From an uncultured archaeon (lineage in GTDB: Archaea; Asgardarchaeota; Thorarchaeia; Thorarchaeales; Thorarchaeaceae), in the NCBI GenBank assembly GCA_964558645.1, contig CAZLEV010000005.1, positions 32,001-96,000 of the forward strand: 64,000 nucleotides of DNA. Reading direction: 5' to 3'. A program made the position numbers and the translations under genes. Positions 47,607 to 57,307 of the stretch are shown here, one piece after another. Numbering within the stretch: position 1 is the first letter of the stretch; each line of letters opens with the position of its first letter. The notes below the pieces were generated by a model, which was given only the letters and a program-made list of their open reading frames with translations, was not told the origin of the DNA and made no database searches.

Positions 47607-50600
47607 CTGCGTCTTGATTCGACCAGACGCGGCCCGAGTACATCGTGATACAGCCTCAGATAGGCAGGGTCAGATGAAACCAACGCAACTGGACGACCTC
47701 CGTCTGTCGAACCACCTAGTAACAACTCCTTCTGGTCACAGAGCGCCATATCATACGGGTGGTCAGTTTCCCAGACTCTCCAGCCGGCAAGATTCTTGAG
47801 AGCAGCGGGTTGTTCTTCCGATCGGGGAACCACCAGAACCTTTCTTCGCGGAGTATTCACCTTCGCGAGCTTCTTAAGATCCAAGCTCTCAACGTTGACA
47901 ACAGATACGAGTACGGATTCTTCTGCACGCTCAGCCATCTCTACCATGTGAGCATAGATTTCATCTGCACCTGACACATACCACGTCTTCTCGCTCGGCA
48001 GAGTCAGTACAGACTTGCTTGCTGTGTGGATTGCGTCCAGAACATCCTTAGTATTCGTTGCGAGTTCCTTAGCTGTGTTGACGCTCTCCTCGATTCCCTG
48101 CTTGAGTTCCTTGCCGTCGTTTCTTATTGACGAAAGCAAGGTCTTTGCTGACTTGTCAGTGTCACTCTCAAAATGGTTGAGCAGATCATTGCGTTTCTCT
48201 GTCAAGGTTGACGTCTTGGTAGAAGCGTCGTTATTGGCCTTGGTGACGACTTCTCTCAGCTCCGTACCTTTCACACCCAGCTCGTTCCGCATCTCCTCGA
48301 CGAGCTGATATGCATCATTGCTCAGCTTGGTCTTGAGTTCGAGAGCAAGATTCTCAAACCTTCGAGACGCCGTCAGATTCGAGGACACAACTGCCTCACG
48401 GGTCTTCTCAAAGAGATCTTCACGGCGCCGCTCTAGCCTATTTGAGGCGTTCTCGACCAAGGATGTGTAGTCTGTTGTCAAAGACTCAACAGAATCCAAG
48501 TACTCCTCTCTGTCAGAAGTGAGAGACTCGATTATATCGGACTTTCTCTCCTGTGTCCAGACTCCCGCATCTTCGAGGTTCGCTTCAACCGTAGCTGTCA
48601 GTTTCTTTTCGAGGTTGGATACAGCCTCCGTTCCTGTCCTCAAGCGAGTCTTCGTGGCCTGTTGGAATTCATTAAGTCGGGCCTTGAATGACGAGCTGGT
48701 CTTCTCCAACAAGGTGTTTACTGACTTCTCGAACTGCTCCACTGTATGTTCGCCTCGATCACTGATACCATCCGAAACTTCCTCTGATGCTTTGGTTAGA
48801 TTCTGGCTTGCAAGCTGGATATCCTCAGTCAACTTGTTTCCCAAAGCCCCCGAGGAGGTAGACACATTCTCCAGCGCGTTTTCAACCCATTGCGCGGCTG
48901 CATCGAACGCTTCGTTTGCCTCGTCCCTTCGTTGCTCAATGGCTGCAGATATCTCGTCATTCACATCCCTGCGGATATCAATGATCTCCTTTTCACGCGC
49001 GACGAGCTGTTCCTGGTATGACTCCATACTTTCGATAGACCTATTGCTGATTTCAGTTGATAGTCTGTCAATCTTCTTGGTTGTGTCTGCAAGCAGACGC
49101 TGTTTGGCGTCAGCCTGCTCTGAAGCGTAGTTGTCCACAGTTGACCGCATACTCGCTGAAGTGCGAGCAAAGGAATTCTTGACTGATTCCCGAGTATCTG
49201 CGACTCTGTCCTGGATGTTGGACTGAGCACCCGTGACTGAGGTCTCGAACTCGCGAGACGTCTGGACAAGGTTTTCGCCCATCTGTTTTATCGTTCCGTG
49301 CCGTATCTGATCAAGATTGTCCTCTACAGCTTGGAGATTGGACTCGATCATTGAATGGGTACCGGCTAGTTTCTCAGATAGCTGAGCCTGCTTTTCGACA
49401 CTGAAGTCATTCAGGCTCTTGCGAGTCATGCTAACAGAGTTCACAATATCGTCAATACGGAGAGCAATCTCTGAAGTATACTCCTGCTGCAGCTTGAGGG
49501 AGTCTGCCTGTAGTGCTTCAATCTCTGTCTTGATGGAATTCTTGAATTCAGTATGAGCAGAGCTGATCAGATCGCGTGATTCCATCGTCTGACTGGTGAT
49601 AAGACCATTAAACGTTGATTCAAGGCTCTGGGTCAGGGCAATGAATTGACGAGTCATCTCCTCAAGATTGAGATGAAACTCGCCTCGAATCTCTTCGGCC
49701 TGACGGTCGATGCGTTGAACTTGATCATCAATGGTCGAATCAACCTCTTTCTGCACTCTATCGGCCTGAGAAGCGAGTGTTGATACGCTCTGTGCTAACC
49801 TGTCATCCAGTTGGGAGTTCAGCGTCTGGTAAAGATTCTTTGTTTCTTTGATGTTCTTCTGGATCTTTGAGCTGATCTCCGTGACAGTCTCTTCGAGTGT
49901 TTTGCCGAACCCGCTCTCCAAGTCGTTGACAAAGCGTGATACACCCGACAGGACTGTTTCATTCTTTGTCTTCACCGAGCTCTGTATCGTTCCGAATGAG
50001 GACTTGAGTCTGCTACTCATACTGCTCGTCAAGGACTTGAGCTCATCAGCCTGAACAGACAGAGTGTCATTGACATCGTTGATAACACCCTCCAGATTGG
50101 AGAAGACATCTTGTTCGCCTTCTTCAGCCCAAGAATCAAGCTTGGCCTGTAGCTTTGCCCTGACCTCCTCGATGCTTGCTTGCTCCGAAGCATTCTGCTC
50201 ATCGAGTAGTCTGATCACTTCAGCACGAGCTTCTGTAACATGTGCTCCAAATCTATTCTGCATACCAGCGACCAAGGTCTTCAGTTCATCATGATTCTCT
50301 GAAATCATAGACGCAAGACGTTCGAGATGACTTCCCAGTGCATTCTTGATGTCCTCCAAGTAGGCCACATCTGTGGCCTTAATCTGCTCAAACTGTGCAG
50401 CTATCGACTGACCCGAGGAGGCCATGTCAGCTTCCACTTCATCTTTCCATTTCTCAACCTCGTCAACAAGCTCGTCGGTTAAGGTCGCCGTAGTACCTAT
50501 TCTGTTCCCTGCCACACCAGCATATTCGCGAAAGTGTTCCCTGTTCACGTCAACAAGCTCGCTCAACGACTTCTCCGCGCTGACACGATTATTGCGAAGT

Positions 50601-51499
50601 TCCTCCGAGATATTCTCGACAACTTGGGCCAGACCCTCATCTACAGAGCCTAGGTTCTCAGTTGTACGTGAGACCGAATCCTCTATGGAAGACTTCATGT
50701 TTGCAGACATCTTCTCCAAAACACTCTGTAACGCCACCTGGGAATCAGTCATTGCTTTCTCGACCACCGTCTTGGCCTGGTCAACCAAGGCAACCGCCTT
50801 TTCTCTGAGTTGAGATGCATTCTCTGATGCACTTGTCTTGTCCTTGTCCAGTGTTTCTGAGAATAAACCCTCGATCTCCTCCAGAGAGGAATGCATCGTC
50901 GCCTGAATGGAATCGAGCTCAGCCTGCAGCGTGGAGAGCTGCTCGCCTAGGTCACTATCGAGGGTAGCACCCATTGCGTCCAATACGGACTCTACTCGCT
51001 CGGAGAACCCTGTCAAGACTTTGTCAGCAACACTGCCAACAATCTCAATCTGGGATTGTACATTGTCAAGCATCTCGTCTTCATATACATCGAGTTCGTC
51101 CTTTAAACCGGCAACGGCCGATTTCCGACCTTCCGTGAAATCCGTGGATGTTTCTTTAGCCAACTCCAGTTGCTTGTCGATCCTGTTCTGTATTTGGTCT
51201 TCAAGAGAACTGGCCTCTTCAACAAAGGATGACAAAGTGCTTCCGACGGCCAAACTAGGTGAAATGGCCTGATAGACGGGCACAATCCCCTCAATTTCTG
51301 TAACAAGCCCCTTCTTCACCAATCGGCTTAGCGTTCTCTTGACACTGCTGAGGGTGTCACCGGTTATCACTGAGAGAGCTCCGGCCGTCATGTTGCCACC
51401 AACATAGACTGGTAACAATACTTCAGCCTCTTTCTTCGTTACTCCCAGATTCTTCTCTATCGTCGACATTTGTTTCTCCAATGCTGTATCTCCACTCAT
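47603..51499 (-). CDS. Giant TrmB-like protein: wHTH, ~1100-aa coiled coil, TrmB effector-type domain
   Basis: N-terminal LGVTKKEAEV..L..LVKKGLV..Y.AISP; C-terminal WYVSGADEI...AEESV...DQKELLLG. Confidence 0.75.
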   Translation of the reverse strand: MSGDTALEKQMSTIEKNLGVTKKEAEVLLPVYVGGNMTAGALSVITGDTLSSVKRTLSRLVKKGLVTEIEGIVPVYQAISPSLAVGSTLSSFVEEASSLEDQIQNRIDKQLELAKETSTDFTEGRKSAVAGLKDELDVYEDEMLDNVQSQIEIVGSVADKVLTGFSERVESVLDAMGATLDSDLGEQLSTLQAELDSIQATMHSSLEEIEGLFSETLDKDKTSASENASQLREKAVALVDQAKTVVEKAMTDSQVALQSVLEKMSANMKSSIEDSVSRTTENLGSVDEGLAQVVENISEELRNNRVSAEKSLSELVDVNREHFREYAGVAGNRIGTTATLTDELVDEVEKWKDEVEADMASSGQSIAAQFEQIKATDVAYLEDIKNALGSHLERLASMISENHDELKTLVAGMQNRFGAHVTEARAEVIRLLDEQNASEQASIEEVRAKLQAKLDSWAEEGEQDVFSNLEGVINDVNDTLSVQADELKSLTSSMSSRLKSSFGTIQSSVKTKNETVLSGVSRFVNDLESGFGKTLEETVTEISSKIQKNIKETKNLYQTLNSQLDDRLAQSVSTLASQADRVQKEVDSTIDDQVQRIDRQAEEIRGEFHLNLEEMTRQFIALTQSLESTFNGLITSQTMESRDLISSAHTEFKNSIKTEIEALQADSLKLQQEYTSEIALRIDDIVNSVSMTRKSLNDFSVEKQAQLSEKLAGTHSMIESNLQAVEDNLDQIRHGTIKQMGENLVQTSREFETSVTGAQSNIQDRVADTRESVKNSFARTSASMRSTVDNYASEQADAKQRLLADTTKKIDRLSTEISNRSIESMESYQEQLVAREKEIIDIRRDVNDEISAAIEQRRDEANEAFDAAAQWVENALENVSTSSGALGNKLTEDIQLASQNLTKASEEVSDGISDRGEHTVEQFEKSVNTLLEKTSSSFKARLNEFQQATKTRLRTGTEAVSNLEKKLTATVEANLEDAGVWTQERKSDIIESLTSDREEYLDSVESLTTDYTSLVENASNRLERRREDLFEKTREAVVSSNLTASRRFENLALELKTKLSNDAYQLVEEMRNELGVKGTELREVVTKANNDASTKTSTLTEKRNDLLNHFESDTDKSAKTLLSSIRNDGKELKQGIEESVNTAKELATNTKDVLDAIHTASKSVLTLPSEKTWYVSGADEIYAHMVEMAERAEESVLVSVVNVESLDLKKLAKVNTPRRKVLVVPRSEEQPAALKNLAGWRVWETDHPYDMALCDQKELLLGGSTDGGRPVALVSSDPAYLRLYHDVLGPRLVESRRS

Positions 51500-51534
51500 A
51501 CTGCATTCCACTCCATTGCTCAGAACGTATAGTT

Positions 51535-52350
51535 CTATTCGCTTGACCTCTCTCCCACTAGTTCAGAGATCTTCACAAAGACCTTGGCAAGAACGCCCGT
51601 TTCGATCGATCTGTCCGGCCCTTCGCTTATCGTCTCGACTATCACATGTGTGCTATCATCTAGGCGCTGCACAACGAAACTCTCGAAATGCGACTCCAGA
51701 ATCTCACCAAGTTCCTTCTCCATGTCGGAGGGGGGCACATCGCCCGCATTGATGTCCAACTCCCACCAGTTGATTGTCAGATCAGTAGACTCTGCTTCCA
51801 GATCGTAATATCGTGCAAACAGGTCCACGTACATACGGAATGTGTCATAATCGTCGATAGCATATTCTTCAGGATTGAGAACAACAATTCCACGAGAGAA
51901 ATCGAAATGGAACAAGAGGTCATCGCCCATGATAAGGAAGAGGTCATTGGCTCTCACTCGGGCCATTCGACTCCATATCTTGGTGAATCTTGATGTGAAC
52001 TGCCTTATCGAACTCATCCGCAGCGCAGAAAGCATGTCCTTTATGGGAAGACGTCTGTCACTCATACGTCGACCCTTACGCTCGAGAATGTACCTTCGCA
52101 GCTGTCCAAGGTACTGTGAATAGCAGAATGACGGCAGATCCTGAGTCTCTACACCGAGTTCGATGAACATGTTCAAGAGGTTTCTGTCTTTGCAGGATGG
52201 CCGAACAGTACAGCTCAGCCTGTCTTCTTGGCAAGCCTTGCACTTCTCCTCATAAAGGGAGATCAGCTCGGCAGCTAGCTCATTGTCTGCCGACTTGCCA
52301 AGGAGTCTAACGCGTTCAGCTAGTTCGTCTTTGTGCTGTTTAAGCTGCAT
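51535..52350 (-). CDS. Hypothetical protein with Cys-rich (Zn?) N-domain
   Basis: CKACQEDRLSCTVRPSC...PSFCY. Confidence 0.75.
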   Translation of the reverse strand: MQLKQHKDELAERVRLLGKSADNELAAELISLYEEKCKACQEDRLSCTVRPSCKDRNLLNMFIELGVETQDLPSFCYSQYLGQLRRYILERKGRRMSDRRLPIKDMLSALRMSSIRQFTSRFTKIWSRMARVRANDLFLIMGDDLLFHFDFSRGIVVLNPEEYAIDDYDTFRMYVDLFARYYDLEAESTDLTINWWELDINAGDVPPSDMEKELGEILESHFESFVVQRLDDSTHVIVETISEGPDRSIETGVLAKVFVKISELVGERSSE

Positions 52351-52487
52351 CTATTCTCAACTCAGGACTGTTTGATGACATATACAAATACTCTTGAGAG
52401 AGTGTTGTAGCACAATACCTAGGGTCTTGTGGTCAAGCTCTAAATGATGATAATATCAACGAAAAGATAAATCTATGGACATGTAAT

Positions 52488-53507
52488 CTAGTCGTCACTG
52501 ACTTCTTTCAGCTTTGTAGTCCATGTGCGTATGTCCTTGTTCAGTCTTGCAATGTCATTCTCATTCAACGTAGCAGTTGGCGGGTATGACTTCAGCTCTC
52601 GCGCCACTTTCCCGACTTGATGCAAGACAGGTGTGTGCATTGAAATCAGCTCTGTAAGCTCATCACGCACCCGTTCAAGAGCAGAACCCATATCTCTGGC
52701 CTCAGTCTTCGAATCGACCTTCTTCAGAAGGGTATCCATAAGTTCATCAACTGTTGATTCTGAAACGACCTTACTAGGCTCCGCGGGCTCCTTGGGGCTC
52801 TTCTTTTTAGCCTTAGACTTTTTTCCCGACTCTCGCGGTGATGACTCTGCAGAGTCGGCAAGTTGTTGAACAGATGAAATCACTTCATCAATCTTGTCAA
52901 GAGACTTGTTGTACTTCCTTTCGAGATCATCAAGCTGACGGACAAGGATTCCAACGATCTCTTTCGTATCTCCCTGCGCACTGGCCAGATCCTTCACTCT
53001 CTCTTCTAGAGTGGAGAGGCTGGCCACATATTGCTGCAAATCATCGATCTTCTTCCCCAACACCTCCGACTCCTTGCTCTCGCTGAGCTCCTCAACCTTT
53101 GACTGGAGCTCTTCTAGAAATTCGCTCATGCTCTCAATCTTTGCCTCAACATCAACGAGTTGTTTCTGGGTCTGATCTTCTGCCATCTTGGCGAGGATAC
53201 TCTGGAGCGATGATGTCACTGCGTTGACTTTTTCATCTATCTCTTCAATCTCCTTAGAGTTGTCCAGAGATGAAAGCTTCTTGTCAAGCTCCTTCATATT
53301 GTCCAGAAGATCATCCACTTTGGAGAGAGCTGCTACTTCTTTCTGTACGGCCTTGACCTCATCTGTCAGGGAATCAACAGTCTTGCTCATGTCAGCTAAA
53401 TCCGAGAGTGGTTTAAGTTCCTTGAATAGCTTATCTACTTCTTCAGACAGCTTGTCGACTTTTTTCTCAAGATTGTCCATTTGCTTTGACTGGTCTGTCG
53501 ACATCAT
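52488..53507 (-). CDS. Coiled-coil protein with helical C-terminal domain
   Basis: Long heptad repeats, Lys/Pro linker, C-domain ending IRTW. Confidence 0.8.
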   Translation of the reverse strand: MMSTDQSKQMDNLEKKVDKLSEEVDKLFKELKPLSDLADMSKTVDSLTDEVKAVQKEVAALSKVDDLLDNMKELDKKLSSLDNSKEIEEIDEKVNAVTSSLQSILAKMAEDQTQKQLVDVEAKIESMSEFLEELQSKVEELSESKESEVLGKKIDDLQQYVASLSTLEERVKDLASAQGDTKEIVGILVRQLDDLERKYNKSLDKIDEVISSVQQLADSAESSPRESGKKSKAKKKSPKEPAEPSKVVSESTVDELMDTLLKKVDSKTEARDMGSALERVRDELTELISMHTPVLHQVGKVARELKSYPPTATLNENDIARLNKDIRTWTTKLKEVSDD

Positions 53508-53611
53508 TTCCCCTCATTTCTGTGGAGCCAGTCTGAGAAAGAACACGAGTCAGTATTTAGCCTTTCGGGGGTCTTATGCGAAAAGAAGAAACAAGAAACA
53601 TGCAAGGAGTG

Positions 53612-54439
53612 TTACCCCTCCCGGATTATTTCAATACCCAGCTGTTCTAGCATCGGAATGAACATATCACGTTGCTTTGCATTCGTTCCCTTCCAGTCAA
53701 CTACGGCGGCAATGACCTTCTCTGCGGACCGATGAATCATCTGATCCACGACCTCCTCCGTTATGCCGTCCAGAGCATACTTGGGAGCCATATGCCCGAC
53801 CCTGTATTCCCCCGAGAGAACTAGTTTGTTGAACTTGCTAGCGTAGTGAGTGCCCCCAAATCCTATGACGCTTGCAGTCCCAATGGGAGCATCCGCACAC
53901 CTCATGACAGCCTCAGCAACGACACTTGCCCCCTCTTCATGCGTCCAGTAGTGTTCATCACTACCGAGCTCTACAAAGAGCATTGGTGTATCAAGTGCGG
54001 TGGGTCCGTGATGAGTTACCTCAAGCGAAACGTCGAAATCCGAGAGATTGCGCTCGTTTCTCTCGTGGTAAAGGGTTTGAAGTGCTACTGAGACCAAAGA
54101 TGCAACTGATACAGACAGCGAGTAGGGACGGCCTCCAAATGCAGCCTCAGCTCCAAGATTACCCGTGCTGTGAACAAGCAGAGATGGTTTTCCTGATTCG
54201 GAGCGATGACGAGAACAGAAAATGAAGACCTCAGCTTCCAAGTATCTCTCAAGATGGTCGGAATAGATGAGATCGCGATTAGACGTGACGAGCTGAACTG
54301 AGCCATTGTGCGCCATGACAGGATGACCGTCGAATTCACTCTCGGTCTCAGTGAACCCATGTTCATCTATGAGAGCTTGTCTTATCGTCTGGCTGGCCAA
54401 GTCATGCTCAGACGTCACGAGTATCCTCAGAACCAACAC
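53612..54439 (-). CDS. dtdA: D-aminoacyl-tRNA deacylase (archaeal DTD2)
   Basis: D.AS, SRHRS, HSTGN, EVTHHGP, FVELGS, GFGGTHYA, GHMAPKY, DWKG. Confidence 0.93.
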   Translation of the reverse strand: MLVLRILVTSEHDLASQTIRQALIDEHGFTETESEFDGHPVMAHNGSVQLVTSNRDLIYSDHLERYLEAEVFIFCSRHRSESGKPSLLVHSTGNLGAEAAFGGRPYSLSVSVASLVSVALQTLYHERNERNLSDFDVSLEVTHHGPTALDTPMLFVELGSDEHYWTHEEGASVVAEAVMRCADAPIGTASVIGFGGTHYASKFNKLVLSGEYRVGHMAPKYALDGITEEVVDQMIHRSAEKVIAAVVDWKGTNAKQRDMFIPMLEQLGIEIIREG

Positions 54440-55685
54440 CTTCAGGTAAGTTAACGATGCACTCCTTGAGGAGGGGCTCCAGAGTCACACCCAGATCAAT
54501 CGTGACTTTCTTGCCCAGATTCTTGGCTATCTCAGCCTCAATGCGCCTCTTGAAGTCCTCAGCTTTTTCGAGCTGCTTCTTGATGTCGTCGCGAATTCGA
54601 AGCAGGTCGTTGTTATGATACTGAACATTCTTCTCTGCTTCTCGGACCATTCCCTCAAGTTCCGCGGTCTTACGGTATATCTCGGACCCGGCATACTCCT
54701 TCCTCTTGCGGTCTATCTCCTTTGCCTTGTCCTGGTATTCCTGTAGCTCGCCTTTCTTGATGAGCTCTATCTCCTCTATAGCCCTTCTTGCCAATCGATC
54801 TTTCAATGGGAATGCATCGCGCTCGATGGCGGTCTCCATCGCCTGCAAACCCTCCAGTAATCCCGGACAGCCATCGGGTTCCTCCACGATAGCCTCGAAG
54901 GGGTCATCGAAATAGTCTGTCAGGGCCTTCTGGCCAGATGGACTCACTCGGACACCGGTATCGTGCTGCAGAAACTTCTTGATAGGCTTCTTGAGTGTGT
55001 TCAGTTTCATCCTCAGAACGCTGCCGATATGCTCGGACTCTTCATCAAGACTGAGAACCTCAGAGACATTGGATTCGTTCTTGAACTTCTCCAGTTCTTT
55101 CTTTGCAGCCAGATAGTCCTCTTCCGCCTGTTTGATTTTCATCTTCGTCTGGCGTATGTCTTCCTGAATAATGTCCTTGCTGAAGGTGAGTTCCCGTAGG
55201 GTTTGGATGCGTTCAGCCGTACGTTCCAAGTCTTGTACCCAGCTGTACTCGTACAGGAGCTTCCCAATGATCTTCAGTTCCTTGCTCAGCTCTTTCATGT
55301 AATCATCCAGCTGCTTTATGGTGCCCTTGTGCTTCTTGTCCATGCGCTTGATCCAGCGAGCACCAGCCCCCCAGAGTTCTTGGATGAAGTGTTGAATCTC
55401 CTCCATCATCTGCTCAGTACTCTCGTAAGATATCTCTTGGCTGACGTCAAAATCCTCAACGACACTGTCAATCTTCAGGGCAAAACGTACTGCTATGCCT
55501 ACTGACTCTTGGTCTTCATCTTCGGCACTTGCTTCCCTCAGTTCTGATGCAACTGCCTGAACGTCCTTAAGGGCCCTGTCAACATTGCGGTAACTCCTCT
55601 CAGCCTTCTTCCTGAAGTCCTGCGACTTCTTCTCCAGTTCTCTGTTGTACCATAATTCCAGCTGCGCAAGAGTCAGTTCCGTCAT
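54408..55685 (-). CDS. Coiled-coil hypothetical protein
   Basis: Charged heptad-rich ORF. Confidence 0.75.
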   Translation of the reverse strand: MTELTLAQLELWYNRELEKKSQDFRKKAERSYRNVDRALKDVQAVASELREASAEDEDQESVGIAVRFALKIDSVVEDFDVSQEISYESTEQMMEEIQHFIQELWGAGARWIKRMDKKHKGTIKQLDDYMKELSKELKIIGKLLYEYSWVQDLERTAERIQTLRELTFSKDIIQEDIRQTKMKIKQAEEDYLAAKKELEKFKNESNVSEVLSLDEESEHIGSVLRMKLNTLKKPIKKFLQHDTGVRVSPSGQKALTDYFDDPFEAIVEEPDGCPGLLEGLQAMETAIERDAFPLKDRLARRAIEEIELIKKGELQEYQDKAKEIDRKRKEYAGSEIYRKTAELEGMVREAEKNVQYHNNDLLRIRDDIKKQLEKAEDFKRRIEAEIAKNLGKKVTIDLGVTLEPLLKECIVNLPEGVGSEDTRDV

Positions 55686-55852
55686 TCCCGAAGACACCTA
55701 GACAAGTAGTCGCCTTCTGTGTGATTTATCAACTTTGCGAACTACTCAACTGCGCACCGGACTCCAACGTGCAGATAATGTTATTCATGCCACAGATTAC
55801 GTTTATAACACTCCAAAAGAAGGGATAGTCAGTAAATGAAACGTGGTCTCTA

Positions 55853-56656
55853 ATGACGGAAATCATGGAAACCGGCCGACGCTTCCCACGACTGGACATT
55901 GCGTATGCAATCGAATGTATGTCATGAGGCAAAGGTCGCACAGGTTTCTACATCAAGAGGCTGAGTTACATAGACTCCGACTCAATGGAACAACTGCTAC
56001 TCAAGAATCCAGCTGATAATCAGAGTGGGTTCTGGGTGTCATACAAATACAATGGTCAGCTATGCAGGGTGAGCTCCACAGAGACCGAGTGCTTCTCAGA
56101 TGTCAAGACGGCACCCGACGGCGAGAAGCTTATCGTGACCTTGGACCACACTCCTCTCGATTCGGTCGAGAAAGTCATGCGATTCAAAATAGAGCTCTGG
56201 AGCTTCGAGAAGCCTATGCTATTCATCAAGCACACATCGGCGAACATGAGTAAGGCACCTATCGAAGATCTAAAGCTCTTTAACCTCATGGACTTCGACC
56301 TCGGAGGACCAACTAGCTATAAAGATGACATGGGAGCGTTCGATGCCAAAGGCGGAGTCATGAGGGTCTGTGATGACACACCACTATGCGTAGTTCTGAC
56401 GTCTAGACCCACTCCCGATGGCTGGGAGATCTCGGCTCCAACGAAACTGCGACTTTCCGAGACTGACCGGGACCTCAAGAATAATCTTGAGCTTGGCCCA
56501 CAAGACGTTGCCACAGGGCTGCAATGGAACTTGGGCAACATCGATGCAGGCGAATCGAAATCAGTGTCCCTAGTGATGACGGTCGGACAGAATACTGAAG
56601 AGGCGGATAAGCTCCTTCCAAAGGCCTGGGAAGAGTTCGACACGAAGATACGATGA
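55853..56656 (+). CDS. Putative selenoprotein (CxxU; Sec codon 55925-55927), beta-sandwich-like body
   Basis: In-frame ATGs at 55853/55865, TGT ATG TCA TGA, then open frame into the ORF at 55985; SECIS-like hairpin at the stop. Confidence 0.8.
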
Positions 56657-56719
56657 CGTCGGTGCGTAAAGCACTGCAGCACCGACCGAGAAAGGGAAGC
56701 CCCCTTTATCTTCTACGTG
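56641..56719 (+). promoter_or_regulatory. Eukaryote-type SECIS element
   Basis: ATGAC 56653-57 / CGAG 56687-90 core, 8-bp GTCGGTGC:GCACCGAC stem, apical AAA, lower helix GAAGATA:TATCTTC. Confidence 0.8.
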
Positions 56720-56744
56720 CGTGTCCCCTAGAGAAAAAAGTCAA

Positions 56745-56770
56745 GACGGGAAATCAAGAGACCTCCCGTC
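56745..56770 (-). terminator. Hairpin plus T-tract after the wHTH gene
   Basis: GACGGGA..TCCCGTC; minus strand continues ttgactttttt. Confidence 0.5.
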
Positions 56771-56775
56771 TCAGT

Positions 56776-57159
56776 TCACATGCTGTGTTGCGTTTCAAGG
56801 TGATGCACCAAGAGTCGTGCAGAAGAGCTTAGTTGAGCACTACGCCCTCTGTTCTCGGAATCACCACCATCCAACAGCCCCAGGTCCATGAGCGACCGCA
56901 AGTTCCACTTCGTCGTGGAATATGGCACATCTGTTCTCCTTGAGACCATGTCAGCCAAGGCCGTCACAGTCACATCATGATGGCGTAACAGTGAGGCACT
57001 CACTCTCAGAACCAGTTTCTGAGTGTCGCTCAACCTGGCCTCTGCTAGCTTGAGGAACGAAGCCACAACACTCTCGAAGGAAGGCATCTGATAGAAATAG
57101 CTGTCTCCGAAGACCTCACGGTCACTTGAGAACACATTCACCTCTGGGGTGAATTTCAT
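56776..57159 (-). CDS. Winged-HTH DNA-binding protein
   Basis: LSDTQKLVL...VTALAD...VPYST.KWNLR.L.DLGL. Confidence 0.8.
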   Translation of the reverse strand: MKFTPEVNVFSSDREVFGDSYFYQMPSFESVVASFLKLAEARLSDTQKLVLRVSASLLRHHDVTVTALADMVSRRTDVPYSTTKWNLRSLMDLGLLDGGDSENRGRSAQLSSSARLLVHHLETQHSM

Positions 57160-57307
57160 TGTCACCCTTTCGGTCGCTGACCCGACACTGATGGGCATCT
57201 GTTGCTGAATTGGTACCCATTTCGCTTTTTCACCTCATTCTCTTATTTGGGTCAGGTTTAGGTCTGCAGAATTCGCACTTAAACCTTGAGGAAAAGAGTA
57301 CGCGACA

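Noticed and set aside
52444-52501. ATGATGA...CTGA spaced like a C/D box sRNA
   Set aside because: No terminal stem or clear C'/D' boxes, no recognisable target, and it overlaps a CDS end on the opposite strand.
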